A stretch of 64,000 bases of DNA from Eledone cirrhosa (lineage: Eukaryota): positions 434,062,001 to 434,126,000 of the forward strand of contig OZ024740.1 in assembly GCA_964016885.1 (NCBI GenBank). Direction: 5' to 3'. A model generated the notes under the pieces. It ran no database searches, had not been told where the DNA came from, and was given only the letters and a program-made list of their open reading frames with translations. The position numbers were made by a program, and so were the translations under genes. Position 1 is the stretch's first letter. Every line of letters starts with the position of its first letter. Positions 1 through 13,200 of the stretch are shown one piece after another.

Positions 1-394
1 GTGTTGATGTTGGTTTGTCCAAAGACAGCCACTTCAACCATAGTCATCAGTCTTTGCCTATTTCTTAGGATTGACTATCCCATGCTGGACTGCCATTGGC
101 ATGGAACCCTTTAGCACTTCGGTCTTCAAAGGTCATGTTTGAATAATTACTATGACCACTGAGATAATTTTACCTTATGTGAGTTTTTGTGGGAGTTAAT
201 AATGTACTCAGGTGCACTACAACTCATCAAAGGTGCATGTATATAGTACATAGAATATTGGGTGGTGATGGTCATTGCCCTTAATTTGAAAACCCACATA
301 TTTTACATTACTCACGTGAAGAGCTATTTTTTAATATATTTCATCAATCTTTAGAATTGAACCAGTTTAATATCTTTCACTTCTAATGTCTTAC

Positions 395-800
395 CTAGTC
401 ATAAATCTTGGTTAAAGACTGAAAGAATCTGATCATGGATACAAGCAGCTGAAATGGGGTTTCTCCAAAGGGTGTTGGAGTAACGTTACTCGATAGTATG
501 TAGCTCAGAGATTAGTGTGTCACTCCAGGTAGAGCTGCTACTTCTCCGAATTGAGAGATCATAGCTCTGGATATTTGGTTAGAATGTCTCAGGAAAGAAT
601 CGCTGAACAGATGTTATGGGCAAAACCAACCAGTAAGAGACCCTGAACAAGATGATTGTATAACATCAATGAACTGGCTGGCCTCGCTTGGGGATCTAGC
701 CAGATCAGTTGGAGCTGGTTGCTTCTGACAGGACCTGCTGGAAGGAGTGACTGAGGACTCTGTCTCCAGAACCCTCTCAGGAATAAGTGGGAGATGGAGA
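395..800 (+). mobile_element. Degenerate 3' fragment of an RTE-clade LINE (Rex3/Expander-like C-terminus)
   Basis: Manual translation across stops/frameshifts gives SWLKTERI*SWIQAAEMGFLQRV...LQVELLLLRIERS*L...RMSQERIAEQMLWAKPTSKRP...QLELVASDRTCWKE*LRTLSPEPSQE, matching the typical IQAAEMxFL / LLLRIERSQLRW / C-terminal pattern of Rex3/Expander RTE ORFs. Confidence 0.7.
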
Positions 801-1342
801 AGAGACTTCTAATGTCTTCTAATTCATATCCTGACAATTAAAAGATAACTTTTTCCTAACTTTAATGAAAGGAAGTCAGAGAGGAATTAACTGGTGTCAT
901 AGCAATGTTAAACAAATCAATCCAAAGACAGTCTTTATGATATGACATGTCTAATGAGGAATGATGAATATGATATATTATTCTCTTGAGGCCTCCAACT
1001 CTTTACTTCTTTCCTATTTCTGTCAGTTTTATATGGTTGTTACAATAAATATCCAACAGTTCATAGGCCGTGTTATATATAAACTACAACAGTGACATCT
1101 ACTGGTACTTCTGTTTCATTGGTTGTTTACTACAACTCATTCAGCCTGAATGAGTTGTAGTAAACTGATTTTACGCACACGCACATGTAAGTACCAGTCT
1201 AGTTCTGGGGGTGATTCTTCCTCTACGTTTCTTTCTCATTTCCTTTCTCTTCTCTCACTCTGTTCTTCTCTGGAAGAAATCTGCTGTATTCAGACATGGA
1301 GAGGGTTGGACTCGACCAGGTTTTTAAAAAATGCCCTAGAAA

Positions 1343-4300
1343 CACTGTATTGACATACAGTGGCACTGTATGTCAATACAGTGGCACTGTATGTCAATAC
1401 AGTGGCACTGTATGTCAATACAGTGGCACTGTATGTCAATACAGTGGCACTGTATGTCAATACAGTGGCACTGTATGTCAATACAGTGGCGCTGTATGTC
1501 AATACAGTGGCACTGTATGTCAATACAGTGGCACTGTATGTCAATACAGTGGCACTGTATGTCAATACAGTGGCACTGTATGTCAATACAGTGGCGCTGT
1601 ATGTCAATACAGTGGCGCTGTATGTCAATACAGTGGCGCTGTATGTCAATGCAGTGGCGCTGTATGTCAATGCAGTGCCACTGTATGTCAATACAGTGGC
1701 GCTGTATGTCAATGCAGTGGCACTGTATGTCAATACAGTGGCACTGATGTCAATGCAGTGGCACTGTATGTCAATGCAGTGGCGCTGTATGTCAATGCAG
1801 TGGCGCTGTATGTCAATGCAGTGGCGCTGTATGTCAATGCAGTGGCGCTGTATGTCAATGCAGTGGCGCTGTATGTCAATGCAGTGGCGCTGTGTGTCAA
1901 TGCAGTGGCGCTGTATGTCAATGCAGTGGCACTGTATGTCAATGCAGTGCCACTGTATGTCAATGCAGTGCCACTGTATGTCAATGCAGTGGCACTGTAT
2001 GTCAATGCAGTGGCACTGTATGTCAATGCAGTGGCACTGTATGTCAATGCAGTGCCGCTGTATGTCAATGCAGTGCCGCTGTATGTCAATGCAGTGCCGC
2101 TGTATGTCAATGCAGTGGCGCTGTATGTCAATGCAGTGGCGCTGTATGTCAATGCAGTGGCGCTGTATGTCAATGCAGTGGCGCTGTATGTCAATACAGT
2201 GCCACTGTCTGTCAATACAGTGGCGCTGTATGTCAATGCAGTGGCACTATGTCAATGCATTGGCACTATGTCAATGCATTGGCACTGTATGTCAATGCAG
2301 TGGCACTGTATGTCAATGCAGTGGCACTGTATGTCAATGCAGTGGCACTGTATGTCAATGCAGTGGCACTGTATGTCAATGCAGTGGCGCTGTATGTCAA
2401 TACAGTGCCGCTGTATGTCAATACAGTGGCGCTGTATGTCAATGCAGTGGCGCTGTATGTCAATGCAGTGGCGCTGTATGTCAATGCAGTGGCGCTGTAT
2501 GTCAATGCAGTGGCGCTGTATGTCAATGCAGTGGCGCTGTATGTCAATGCAGTGGCGCTGTATGTCAATACAGTGGCGCTGTATGTCAATACAGTGCCAC
2601 TGTCTGTCAATACAGTGGCGCTGTATGTCAATGCAGTGGCACTATGTCAATGCATTGGCACTATGTCAATGCATTGGCACTGTATGTCAATGCAGTGGCA
2701 CTGTATGTCAATGCAGTGGCACTGTATGTCAATGCAGTGGCACTGTATGTCAATGCAGTGGCACTGTATGTCAATGCAGTGGCGCTGTATGTCAATACAG
2801 TGCCGCTGTATGTCAATACAGTGGCGCTGTATGTCAATGCAGTGGCGCTGTATGTCAATGCAGTGGCGCTGTATGTCAATGCAGTGGCGCTGTATGTCAA
2901 TGCAGTGGCGCTGTATGTCAATGCAGTGGCGCTGTATGTCAATACAGTGGCGCTGTATGTCAATACAGTGCCACTGTCTGTCAATACAGTGGCGCTGTAT
3001 GTCAATGCAGTGGCACTATGTCAATGCATTGGCACTATGTCAATGCATTGGCACTGTATGTCAATGCAGTGGCACTGTATGTCAATGCAGTGGCACTGTA
3101 TGTCAATGCAGTGGCACTGTATGTCAATGCAGTGGCACTGTATGTCAATGCAGTGGCACTGTATGTCAATGCAGTGGCACTGTATGTCAATGCAGTGGCA
3201 CTGTATGTCAATGCAGTGGCACTGTATGTCAATGCAGTGGCGCTGTATGTCAATGCAGTGGCGCTGTATGCCAATGCAGTGGCGCTGTATGCCAATGCAG
3301 TGGCGCTGTATGCCAATGCAGTGGCGCTGTATGTCAATGCAGTGGCGCTGTATGTCAATGCAGTGGCGCTGTATGTCAATGCAGTGGCGCTGTATGTCAA
3401 TACAGTGCCGCTGTATGTCAATACAGTGGCGCTGTATGTCAATGCAGTGGCGCTGTATGTCAATGCAGTGGCGCTGTATGTCAATACAGTGGCGCTGTAT
3501 GTCAATACAGTGCCACTGTCTGTCAATACAGTGGCGCTGTATGTCAATGCAGTGGCACTATGTCAATGCATTGGCACTATGTCAATGCAGTGGCACTGTA
3601 TGTCAATGCAGTGGCACTGTATGTCAATGCAGTGGCACTGTATGTCAATGCAGTGGCACTGTATGTCAATGCAGTGGCACTGTATGTCAATGCAGTGGCG
3701 CTGTATGTCAATGCAGTGGCGCTGTATGTCAATGCAGTGGCGCTGTATGTCAATGCAGTGGCGCTGTATGTCAATGCAGTGGCGCTGTATGTCAATGCAG
3801 TGGCGCTGTATGTCAATGCAGTGGCGCTGTATGTCAATAGAGTGGCGCTGTATGTCAATACAGTGGCGCTGTATGTCAATAGAGTGCCGCTGTATGTCAA
3901 TAGAGTGGCGCTGTATGTCAATAGAGTGCCGCTGTATGTCAATACAGTGCCGCTGTATGTCAATAGAGTGCCGCTGTATGTCAATAGAGTGCCGCTGTAT
4001 GTCAATAGAGCGCCGCTGTATGTCAATAGAGCGCCGCTGTATGTCAATAGAGCGCCGCTGTATGTCAATAGAGCGCCGCTGTATGTCAATAGAGCGCCGC
4101 TGTATGTCAATAGAGCGCCGCTGTATGTCAATAGAGCGCCGCTGTATGTCAATAGAGCGGCGCTGTATGTCAATAGACCGCCGCTGTATGTCAATAGAGC
4201 GGCGCTGTATGTCAATAGAGCGGCGCTGTATGTCAATAGAGCGGCGCTGTATGTCAATACAGTGGCGCTGTATGTCAATGCAGTGGCACTATGTCAATGC

Positions 4301-5587
4301 ATTGGCACTGTATGTCAATGCATTGGCACTGTATGTCAATGCATTGGCACTGTATGTCAATGCAGTGGCACTGTATGTCAATGCAGTGGCACTGTATGTC
4401 AATGCAGTGGCACTGTATGTCAATGCAGTGGCACTGTATGTCAATGCAGTGGCACTGTATGTCAATGCAGTGGCACTGTATGTCAATGCAGTGGCGCTGT
4501 ATGTCAATGCAGTGGCGCTGTATGCCAATGCAGTGGCGCTGTATGCCAATGCAGTGGCGCTGTATGTCAATGCAGTGGCGCTGTATGTCAATGCAGTGGC
4601 GCTGTATGTCAATGCAGTGGCACTGTATGTCAATGCAGTGGCGCTGTATGCCAATGCAGTGGCGCTGTATGCCAATGCAGTGGCGCTGTATGTCAATAGA
4701 GTGGCGCTGTATGTCAATACAGTGGCGCTGTATGTCAATACAGTGGCGCTGTATGTCAATAGAGTGCCGCTGTATGTCAATAGAGTGCCGCTGTATGTCA
4801 ATAGAGTGCCGCTGTATGTCAATAGAGTGCCGCTGTATGTCAATACAGTGGCGCTGTATGTCAATAGAGTGCCGCTGTATGTCAATAGAGCGCCGCTGTA
4901 TGTCAATACAGTGGCGCTGTATGTCAATAGAGTGCCGCTGTATGTCAATAGAGTGCCGCTGTATGTCAATAGAGCGCCGCTGTATGTCAATAGAGCGCCG
5001 CTGTATGTCAATAGAGCGCCGCTGTATGTCAATAGAGCGCCGCTGTATGTCAATAGAGCGCCGCTGTATGTCAATACAGTGGCGCTGTATGTCAATAGAG
5101 CGCCGCTGTATGTCAATAGAGCGCCGCTGTATGTCAATAGAGCGCCGCTGTATGTCAATAGAGCGCCGCTGTATGTCAATAGAGCGCCGCTGTATGTCAA
5201 TACAGTGGCGCTGTATGTCAATAGAGCGCCGCTGTATGTCAATAGAGCGCCGCTGTATGTCAATAGAGCGGCGCTGTATGTCAATAGAGCGGCGCTGTAT
5301 GTCAATAGAGCGGCGCTGTATGTCAATAGACCGCCGCTGTATGTCAATAGAGCGGCGCTGTATGTCAATAGAGCGGCGCTGTATGTCAATAGAGCGGCGC
5401 TGTATGTCAATAGAGCAGCGCTGTATGTCAATAGAGCGGCGCTGTATGTCAATAGAGCGGCGCTGTATGTCAATAGAGCGGCGCTGTATGTCAATAGAGC
5501 GGCGCTGTATGTCAATAGAGCGGCGCTGTATGTCAATAGAGCGGCGCTGTATGTCAATAGAGCGCCGCTGTATGTCAATAGAGCGCC
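1343..5587. repeat. 21-bp minisatellite, consensus CTGTATGTCAAT(A/G)CAGTGGC(A/G)
   Basis: Directly visible 21-bp period with occasional 19-bp variants; the consensus drifts to ...CAATAGAGCG(C/G)CG toward the right end. Confidence 0.98.
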
Positions 5588-6050
5588 CCTACGACTTCTT
5601 CAGGAATTACAGGACCTGCATGCACTTTTCTCTGAAAATAATGGGAGGTCACAATTGTAAACCTTTTCATCATAGCTCAGCTTGATCTGGGTTTACTTGA
5701 GGCTATACAACAACTTCTTACATTTAGTTTTCTAAGATTTTACTTGATTGTAACACAAAAATAATTTTCTTCTCTCTGCTGTTTCTGTTAACATCTTTGA
5801 TCAATAGACCACAGCTGTCACCAGTTAAACCTAATACCAAATGCTGTTTGATAATTGACCAAACAATTTAGTTACAATTTACTATTACAGTAATAGTAAA
5901 TCATTTAAATTGTAGTTGTAGATAGAAAATGTGAGCAGCAGTTAAGTGAATTGTGTCCCAATAAGTCGTCATTTCCTGATATTAACATTGATATTGGGAT
6001 GTAAGATTTAACGAGGGATTAATTTAATTGCTGCTCTGCATAACTGCTAT

Positions 6051-9000
6051 TAGAAGTGGCAGTAGTCCTTGTGTTGTCTACTAGAAGTGGCAGTAGTCCT
6101 TGTGTTGTCTACTAGAAGTGGCAGTAGTCCTTGTGTTGTCTACTAAAAGTGTTACTAGTCCTTGTGTTGTCTACTAGAAGTGGCAGTAGTCCTTGTGTTG
6201 TCTACTAGAAGTGGCAGTAGTCCTTGTGATGTCTACTAGAAGTGGCAGTAGTCCTTGTGTTGTCTACTAGAAGTGGCAGTAGTCCTTGTGTTGTCTACTA
6301 GAAGTGGCAGTAGTCCTTGTGTTGTCTACTAGAAGTGGCAGTAGTCCTTGTGTTGTCTACTAGAAGTGGCAGTAGTCCTTGTGTTGTCTACTAGAAGTGG
6401 CAGTAGTCCTTGTGTTGTCTACTAGAAGTGGCAGTAGTCCTTGTGTTGTCTACTAGAAGTGGCAGTAGTCCTTGTGTTGTCTACTAGAAGTGGCAGTAGT
6501 CCTTGTGATGTCTACTAGAAGTGGCAGTAGTCCTTGTGTTGTCTACTAGAAGTGGCAGTAGTCCTTGTGTTGTCTACTAGAAGTGGCAGTAGTCCTTGTG
6601 TTGTCTACTAGAAGTGGCAGTAGTCCTTGTGTTGTCTACTAGAAGTGGCAGTAGTCCTTGTGTTGTCTACTAGAAGTGGCAGTAGTCCTTGTGATGTCTA
6701 CTAGAAGTGGCAGTAGTCCTTGTGTTGTCTACTAGAAGTGGCAGTAGTCCTTGTGTTGTCTACTAGAAGTGGCAGTAGTCCTTGTGATGTCTACTAGAAG
6801 TGGCAGTAGTCCTTGTGTTGTCTACTAGAAGTGGCAGTAGTCCTTGTGTTGTCTACTAGAAGTGGCAGTAGTCCTTGTGATGTCTACTAGAAGTGGCAGT
6901 AGTCCTTGTGTTGTCTACTAGAAGTGGCAGTCTACTAGAAGTGGCAGTAGTCCTCGTGTTGTCTACTAGAAGTGGCAGTAGTCCTTGTGTTGTCTACTAG
7001 AAGTGGCAGTAGTCCTTGTGTTGTCTACTAGAAGTGGCAGTAGTCCTTGTGTTGTCTACTAGAAGTGGCAGTAGTCCTTGTGTTGTCTACTAGAAGTGGC
7101 AGTAGTCCTTGTGTTGTCTACTAGAAGTGGCAGTAGTCCTCGTGTTGTCTACTAGAAGTGGCAGTAGTCCTTGTGATGTCTACTAGAAGTGGCAGTAGTC
7201 CTTGTGATGTCTACTAGAAGTGGCAGTAGTCCTTGTGATGTCTACTAGAAGTGGCAGTAGTCCTTGTTTTGTCTACTAGAAGTGGCAGTAGTCCTTGTGT
7301 TGTCTACTAGAAGTGGCAGTAGTCCTCGTGATGTCTACTAGAAGTGGCAGTAGTCCTCGTGATGTCTACTAGAAGTGGCAGTAGTCCTTGTGATGTCTAC
7401 TAGAAGTGGCAGTAGTCCTTGTGATGTCTACTAGAAGTGGCAGTAGTCCTTGTGTTGTCTACTAGAAGTGGCAGTAGTCCTTGTGTTGTCTACTAGAAGT
7501 GTTAGTAGTCCTTGTGATGTCTACTAGAAGTGGCAGTAGTCCTTGTGTTGTCTACTAGAAGTGGCAGTAGTCCTTGTGATGTCTACTAGAAGTGGCAGTA
7601 GTCCTTGTGATGTCTACTAGAAGTGGCAGTAGTCCTTGTGTTGTCTACTAGAAGTGGCAGTAGTCCTTGTGTTGTCTACTAGAAGTGGCAGTAGTCCTTG
7701 TGTTGTCTACTAGAAGTGGCAGTAGTCCTTGTGTTGTCTACTAGAAGTGGCAGTAGTCCTCGTGTTGTCTACTAGAAGTGGCAGTAGTCCTTGTGTTGTC
7801 TACTAGAAGTGGCAGTAGTCCTCGTGATGTCTACTAGAAGTGGCAGTAGTCCTTGTGTTGTCTACTAGAAGTGGCAGTAGTCCTTGTGTTGTCTACTAGA
7901 AGTGGCAGTAGTCCTTGTGTTGTCTACTAGAAGTGGCAGTAGTCCTTGTGTTGTCTACTAGAAGTGGCAGTAGTCCTTGTGTTGTCTACTAGAAGTGGCA
8001 GTAGTCCTCGTGTTGTCTACTAGAAGTGGCAGTAGTCCTTGTGTTGTCTACTAGAAGTGGCAGTAGTCCTTGTGATGTCTACTAGAAGTGGCAGTAGTCC
8101 TTGTGATGTCTACTAGAAGTGGCAGTAGTCCTTGTGTTGTCTACTAGAAGTGGCAGTAGTCCTTGTGTTGTCTACTAGAAGTGGCAGTAGTCCTTGTGTT
8201 GTCTACTAGAAGTGGCAGTAGTCCTTGTGTTGTCTACTAGAAGTGGCAGTAGTCCTTGTGTTGTCTACTAGAAGTGGCAGTAGTCCTCGTGTTGTCTACT
8301 AGAAGTGGCAGTAGTCCTCGTGTTGTCTACTAGAAGTGGCAGTAGTCCTCGTGTTGTCTACTAGAAGTGGCAGTAGTCCTTGTGTTGTCTACTAGAAGTG
8401 GCAGTAGTCCTTGTGATGTCTACTAGAAGTGGCAGTAGTCCTTGTGTTGTCTACTAGAAGTGGCAGTAGTCCTTGTGTTGTCTACTAGAAGTGGCAGTAG
8501 TCCTTGTGTTGTCTACTAGAAGTGGCAGTAGTCCTTGTGTTGTCTACTAGAAGTGGCAGTAGTCCTTGTGATGTCTACTAGAAGTGGCAGTAGTCCTTGT
8601 GATGTCTACTAGAAGTGGCAGTAGTCCTTGTGTTGTCTACTAGAAGTGGCAGTAGTCCTTGTGTTTACTAGAAGTGGCAGTAGTCCTTGTGATGTCTACT
8701 AGAAGTGGCAGTAGTCCTTGTGATGTCTACTAGAAGTGGCAGTAGTCCTTGTGATGTCTACTAGAAGTGGCAGTAGTCCTTGTGATGTCTACTAGAAGTG
8801 GCAGTAGTCCTTGTGATGTCTACTAGAAGTGGCAGTAGTCCTTGTGATGTCTACTAGAAGTGGCAGTAGTCCTCGTGATGTCTACTAAAAGTGTTAGTAG
8901 TCCTTGTGTTGTCTACTAAAAGTGTTAGTAGTCCTTGTGTTGTCTACTAAAAGTGTTAGTAGTCCTTGTGTTGTCTACTAAAAGTGTTAGTAGTCCTTGT

Positions 9001-9485
9001 GTTGTCTACTAAAAGTGTTAGTAGTCCTTGTGTTGTCTACTAAAAGTGTTAGTAGTCCTTGTGTTGTCTACTAGAAGTGTTAGTAGTCCTTGTGTTGTCT
9101 ACTAGAAGTGTTAGTAGTCCTTGTGTTGTCTACTAGAAGTGTTAGTAGTCCTTGTGTTGTCTACTAGAAGTGGCAGTAGTCCTTGTGTTGTCTACTAAAA
9201 GTGTTACTAGTCCTTGTGTTGTCTACTAGAAGTGGCAGTAGTCCTTGTGCTGTCTACTAAAAGTGTTAGTAGTCCTTGTGTTGTCTACTAAAAGTGTTAG
9301 TAGTCCTTGTGTTGTCTACTAAAAGTGTTAGTAGTCCTTGTGTTGTCTACTAAAAGTGTTAGTAGTCCTTGTGTTGTCTACTAAAAGTGTTAGTAGTCCT
9401 TGTGTTGTCTACTAAAAGTGTTAGTAGTCCTTGTGTTGTCTACTAGAAGTGTTAGTAGTCCTTGTGTTGTCTACTAGAAGTGGCA
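6051..9485. repeat. 31-bp minisatellite ACTAGAAGTGGCAGTAGTCCTTGTGTTGTCT
   Basis: CTAGAAGTGG at 6081 and 6112 (period 31); the variant ACTAAAAGTGTTAGTAG dominates after ~8880. Confidence 0.98.
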
Positions 9486-10090
9486 TCCAGGTCTGCCTCT
9501 GCTGCAGTTTTCTTCCACTGGTATTTCTTCACACTTCACCCTCTGGTCATCATCCATGTCCATCACATGTCCATTCCAGCACAATATTTTCTTTAGGACA
9601 TTACACCTAATTCCTCTTATTCCCAGTTTTGCTCTCAGTTAATCTATGCGTTGTCATTCACACATATTAACATTGCACATCCATAGAAGCATGCTCCATT
9701 TCTCTCCAGCCTTCACACATCCTATCTAGTCACTGCCCATATTTCACTCCCATGTAGCATTCCACATTGTACATAGGCATCATACAGCTGACCTTTCGTA
9801 GGAGTAGTATCTTTCTAAAATTCTATCCTGTCCTTATTCTAGCTACTATGCTCCTGGAACACCTTCCTCCACAGCTAATTAGGTCAGCTAGGTAACAGAA
9901 GCTATCAACCGGATTCTTCATGGGATTGAAAAAGGTGTATATCACTGACACTCTTACTATCAATTTTCCCTGAACATTTATTACATACAAAGTCTTCCTT
10001 TCCTGTTAGTCTTCCAGCTAGCCCCCTACACCTGTTGTGTGTCCAATATTGACATTGTGTACATAATATAGAGTTTCTACCTACTCTTCA
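9486..10090 (-). mobile_element. Old degenerate RTE LINE fragment (Cys-rich finger plus C-terminal region)
   Basis: Minus strand reads VGRNSILCTQCQYWTHNRCRGLAGRLTGKEDFVCNKCSG ... VDSFCYLADLISCGGRCSRSIVARIRTG ... GQLYDAYVQCGMLHGSEIWAV, homologous to the ORF at 40072-42858, with stops and indels. Confidence 0.85.
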
Positions 10091-10194
10091 TCAAACAAGT
10101 CCATTCCCTTTAGTTTTTAAGTCTATAAATGTATTTTCTCCATCTTGTATCAGCTGGTCAGGGAGGCCTCATGTTCCCAGGTTTAATTTTAATT

Positions 10195-10240
10195 AAACCC
10201 TTGCTAGCAAGAAAACGGACATCAAATGATGATGATGATG
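10195..10240 (+). mobile_element. RTE-family 3' terminus with (GAT)n tail
   Basis: CCCTTGCTAGCAAGAAAACGGACATCAAATGATGATGAT matches the termini at 23962-24003 and 43196-43250. Confidence 0.7.
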
Positions 10241-13200
10241 GTGGCGATGGTGATGACAATGATGGTGATGACAATGATGGTGAGACAATGATGGTGAGAC
10301 AATGATGGTGATGACAATCATGGGTGATGACAATCATGGGTGATGACAATCATGGGTGATGACAATGATGATGATGATGGCAATGATGGGTGATGACAAT
10401 GATGGTGATGACAATGATGGTGATGACAATGATGGTGATGACAATGATGGGTGATGACAATGATGGTGATGACAATGATGGTGATGGCAATGATGGTGAT
10501 GGCAATGATGGTGATGGCAATGATGGGTGATGACAATGATGGGTGATGACAATGATGATGATGACAATGATGGGTGATGACAATGATGGGTGATGGCAAT
10601 GATGGTGATGACAATGATGGGTGATGACAATGATGGGTGATGACAATGATGGGTGATGACAATGATGGTGATGACAATGATGGTGATGACAATGATGGTG
10701 ATGGCAATGATGGTGATGACAATGATGGTGATGACAATGATGGTGATGGTGATGACAATGATGGGTGATGACAATGATGGGTGATGGCAATGATGGTGAT
10801 GACAATGATGGGTGATGACAATGATGGTGATGACAATGATGGGTGATGACAATGATGGTGATGACAATGATGGGTGATGACAATGTTGGTGATGACAATG
10901 ATGGTGATGACAATGATGGTGATGACAATGATGGTGATGGTGATGACAATGATGGGTGATGACAATGATGGGTGATGGCAATGATGGTGATGACAATGAT
11001 GGGTGATGACAATGATGGTGATGACAATGATGGTGATGGTGATGACAATGATGGGTGATGACAATGATGGTGATGGCAATGATGGTGATGACAATGATGG
11101 TGATGACAATGATGGTGATGGCAATGATGGTGATGGCAATGATGGGTGATGGCAATGATGGGTGATGGCAATGATGGTGATGGCAATGATGGTGATGACA
11201 ATGATGGTGATGACAATGATGGTGATGACAATAATGGTGATGGTGATGACAATGATGGGTGATGACAATGATGGGTGATGACAATGATGGTGATGACAAT
11301 GATGGGTGATGACAATGATGGGTGATGACAATGATGGTGATGACAATGATGGGTGATGACAATGATGGGTGATGGCAATGATGGGTGATGGCAATGATGG
11401 TGATGACAATGATGGGTGATGACAATGATGGTGATGTCAATGATGGTGATGACTGATGGGTGATGACAATGATGGTGATGACAATGATAGTGATGACAAT
11501 GATGGTGATGACAATGATGGTGATGACAATGATAGTGATGACAATGATGGTGATGACAATGATAGTGATGACAATGATGGTGATGACAATGATGGGTGAT
11601 GACAATGATGCTGATGACAATGATGGTGATGACAATGATGGGTGATGACAATGATGGTGATGACAATGATGGTGATGACAATGATGGTGATGACAATGAT
11701 GGTGATGACAATGATGGTGATGACAATGATGGTGATGACAATGATGGGTGATGACAATGATGCTGATGACAATGATGCTGATGACAATGATGGTGATGGC
11801 AATGATGGGTGATGACAATGATAGTGATGACAATGATGGTGATGACAATGATGGTGATGACAATGATAGTGATGACAATGATAGTGATGACAATGATAGT
11901 GATGACAATGATAGTGATGACAATGATGATGACAATGATAGTGATGACAATGATAGTGATGGCAATGATGGTGATGGCAATGATGATGACAATGATGGTG
12001 ATGACAATGATGGGTAATGACAATGATGGTGATGAGAATGATGGGTGATGACAATGATGGTGATGACAATGATGGGTGATGTCAATGATGGGTGATGACA
12101 ATGATGGTGATGGCAATGATGATGACAATGATGGGTGATGTCAATGATGGTGATGACAATGATGGTGATGACAATGATGGTGATGACAATGATGGGTGAT
12201 GACAATGATGGTGATGACAATGATGGTGATGACAATGATGGGTGATGACAATGATGGGTGATGACAATGATGGGTGATGACGATGGGTGATGACGATGGG
12301 TGATGACAATGATGGTGATTATAATGATGGGTGATGACAATGATGCTGATGACAATGATGCTGATGACAATGATGGTGATGACAATGATGGGTGATGACA
12401 ATGATGGTGATGACAATGATGGGTGATGACAATGATGGTGATGACAATGATGGTGATGACAATGATGGTGATGACAATGATGGTGATGACTGATGGGTGA
12501 TGACAATGATGGTGATGACAATGATGGTGATGACAATGATGGTGATGTCAATGATGGTGATGACAATGATGGTGATGACAATGATGGTGATGACAATGAT
12601 GGTGATGACAATGATGGTGATGACAATGATGGTGATGGCAATGATGGGTGATGACAATGATGGGTGATGGCAATGATGATGATGACAATGATGGTGATGG
12701 CAATGATGGGTGATGACAATGATGGTGATGACAATGATGGTGATGGCAATGATGGGTGATGACAATGGTGATGATGAGAATGATGGGTAATGACAATGAT
12801 GGTGATGAGAATGATGGTGATGAGAATGATGGGTGATGACAATGATGACAATGATGGTGATGGCAATGATGGGTGATGACAATGATGGTGATGACAATGA
12901 TGGGTGATGACAATGATGGTGATGACAATGATGGTGATGACAATGATGGTGATGGCAATGATGGTGATGGCAATGATGGTGATGGCAATGATGTGTGATG
13001 ACAATGATGGTGATGACAATGATGGGTGATGACAATGATGGTGATGACAATGATGGTGATGGCAATGATGGGTGATGACAATGATGGTGATGGCAATGAT
13101 GGGTGATGACAATGATGGTGATGACAATGATGGTGATGACAATGATGGTGATGACAATGATGATGATGACAATGATGGTGATGGCAATGATGGTGATGGC

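Noticed and set aside
20-58. Minus-strand CTGATGA flanked by CAAAGA/TCTTTG, superficially hammerhead-like
   Set aside because: No GAAA and no stem II.
1150-1353. 67-aa ORF with an LRR-sounding phrase (LLSLCSSLEEI)
   Set aside because: Short, partly pyrimidine-rich low-complexity sequence; no splice donor or recognisable domain.
1290-5685. Very long ORFs (up to 1454 aa; Cys-rich or TYSATAL antifreeze-like heptads)
   Set aside because: Translations of a stop-poor 21-bp repeat open in several frames on both strands; 2-bp deletions swap frames freely, so there is no frame conservation.
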